A DNA stretch of 64,000 nt from assembly GCA_031520405.1 (NCBI GenBank), contig GCA_031520405.1_4842.1, one strand, 5' to 3'. Below the pieces are notes generated by a model, which worked only from the letters and a program-made list of their open reading frames with translations, did no database searches and was not told the DNA's origin. Shown here in pieces: positions 63,988-64,000 of the stretch; the stretch's first letter is position 1; each line of letters starts with the position of its first letter. The position numbers and the translations under genes were made by a program. This DNA is from a phage.

Positions 63988-64000
63988 ATGGCAATCGAAA
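63988..64000 (+). CDS. 5' end of a gene continuing beyond the window
   Basis: ATG with GAAGGAA RBS; ORF is still open at the window end. Confidence 0.35.

Noticed and set aside
1-64000. Prophage, integrative or CRISPR features
   Set aside because: No integrase, recombinase, att-like direct repeats or CRISPR repeat-spacer arrays were seen; gene content is that of a lytic T4-like phage.

Overview
This 64 kb window reads as a densely coded segment of a lytic T4-like myovirus genome (about 45% GC by eye), divergent from T4 itself. All calls rest on motif recognition in the supplied ORF translations and on reading the DNA; no database search or alignment was run. Recognisable modules: (1) replication and recombination: gp32 SSB, UvsX, gp41 helicase, gp59-like loader, ATP-dependent DNA ligase, family-B DNA polymerase gp43, topoisomerase II large and medium subunits, DexA-like exonuclease; (2) nucleotide metabolism: dCMP deaminase, a thymidylate-synthase-fold pyrimidine hydroxymethylase with a C-terminal extension, gp1-like dNMP kinase, gp56-like dCTPase, a MazG-like pyrophosphatase, a HAD deoxyribonucleotidase and two further P-loop proteins; (3) baseplate and tail genes on the minus strand: gp25-like, a gp5-like spike carrying a CHAP-type peptidase, a tape-measure gp29-like protein and tail-tube-like proteins, two of them behind TATAAATA late promoters; (4) an rIIA/rIIB-like pair, a Hoc-like Ig protein and a free-standing GIY-YIG homing endonuclease. 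Many small early-type ORFs have no assignable function. No tRNA, rRNA, CRISPR array, integrase or att site was found. The most interesting candidates for undescribed biology are an orphan QueC-like PP-loop ATPase, the hydroxymethylase operon together with a second kinase-containing module (possible DNA base hypermodification), a macro-domain protein, a LemA-like membrane pair, and a recurrent TTCAATAAA motif next to GC-rich hairpins. Start codons were adjusted from the ORF track where an RBS or promoter supported it. I saw an apparent 1-nt disagreement between my reading and the track near position 1980, so exact coordinates may be off by one in places.
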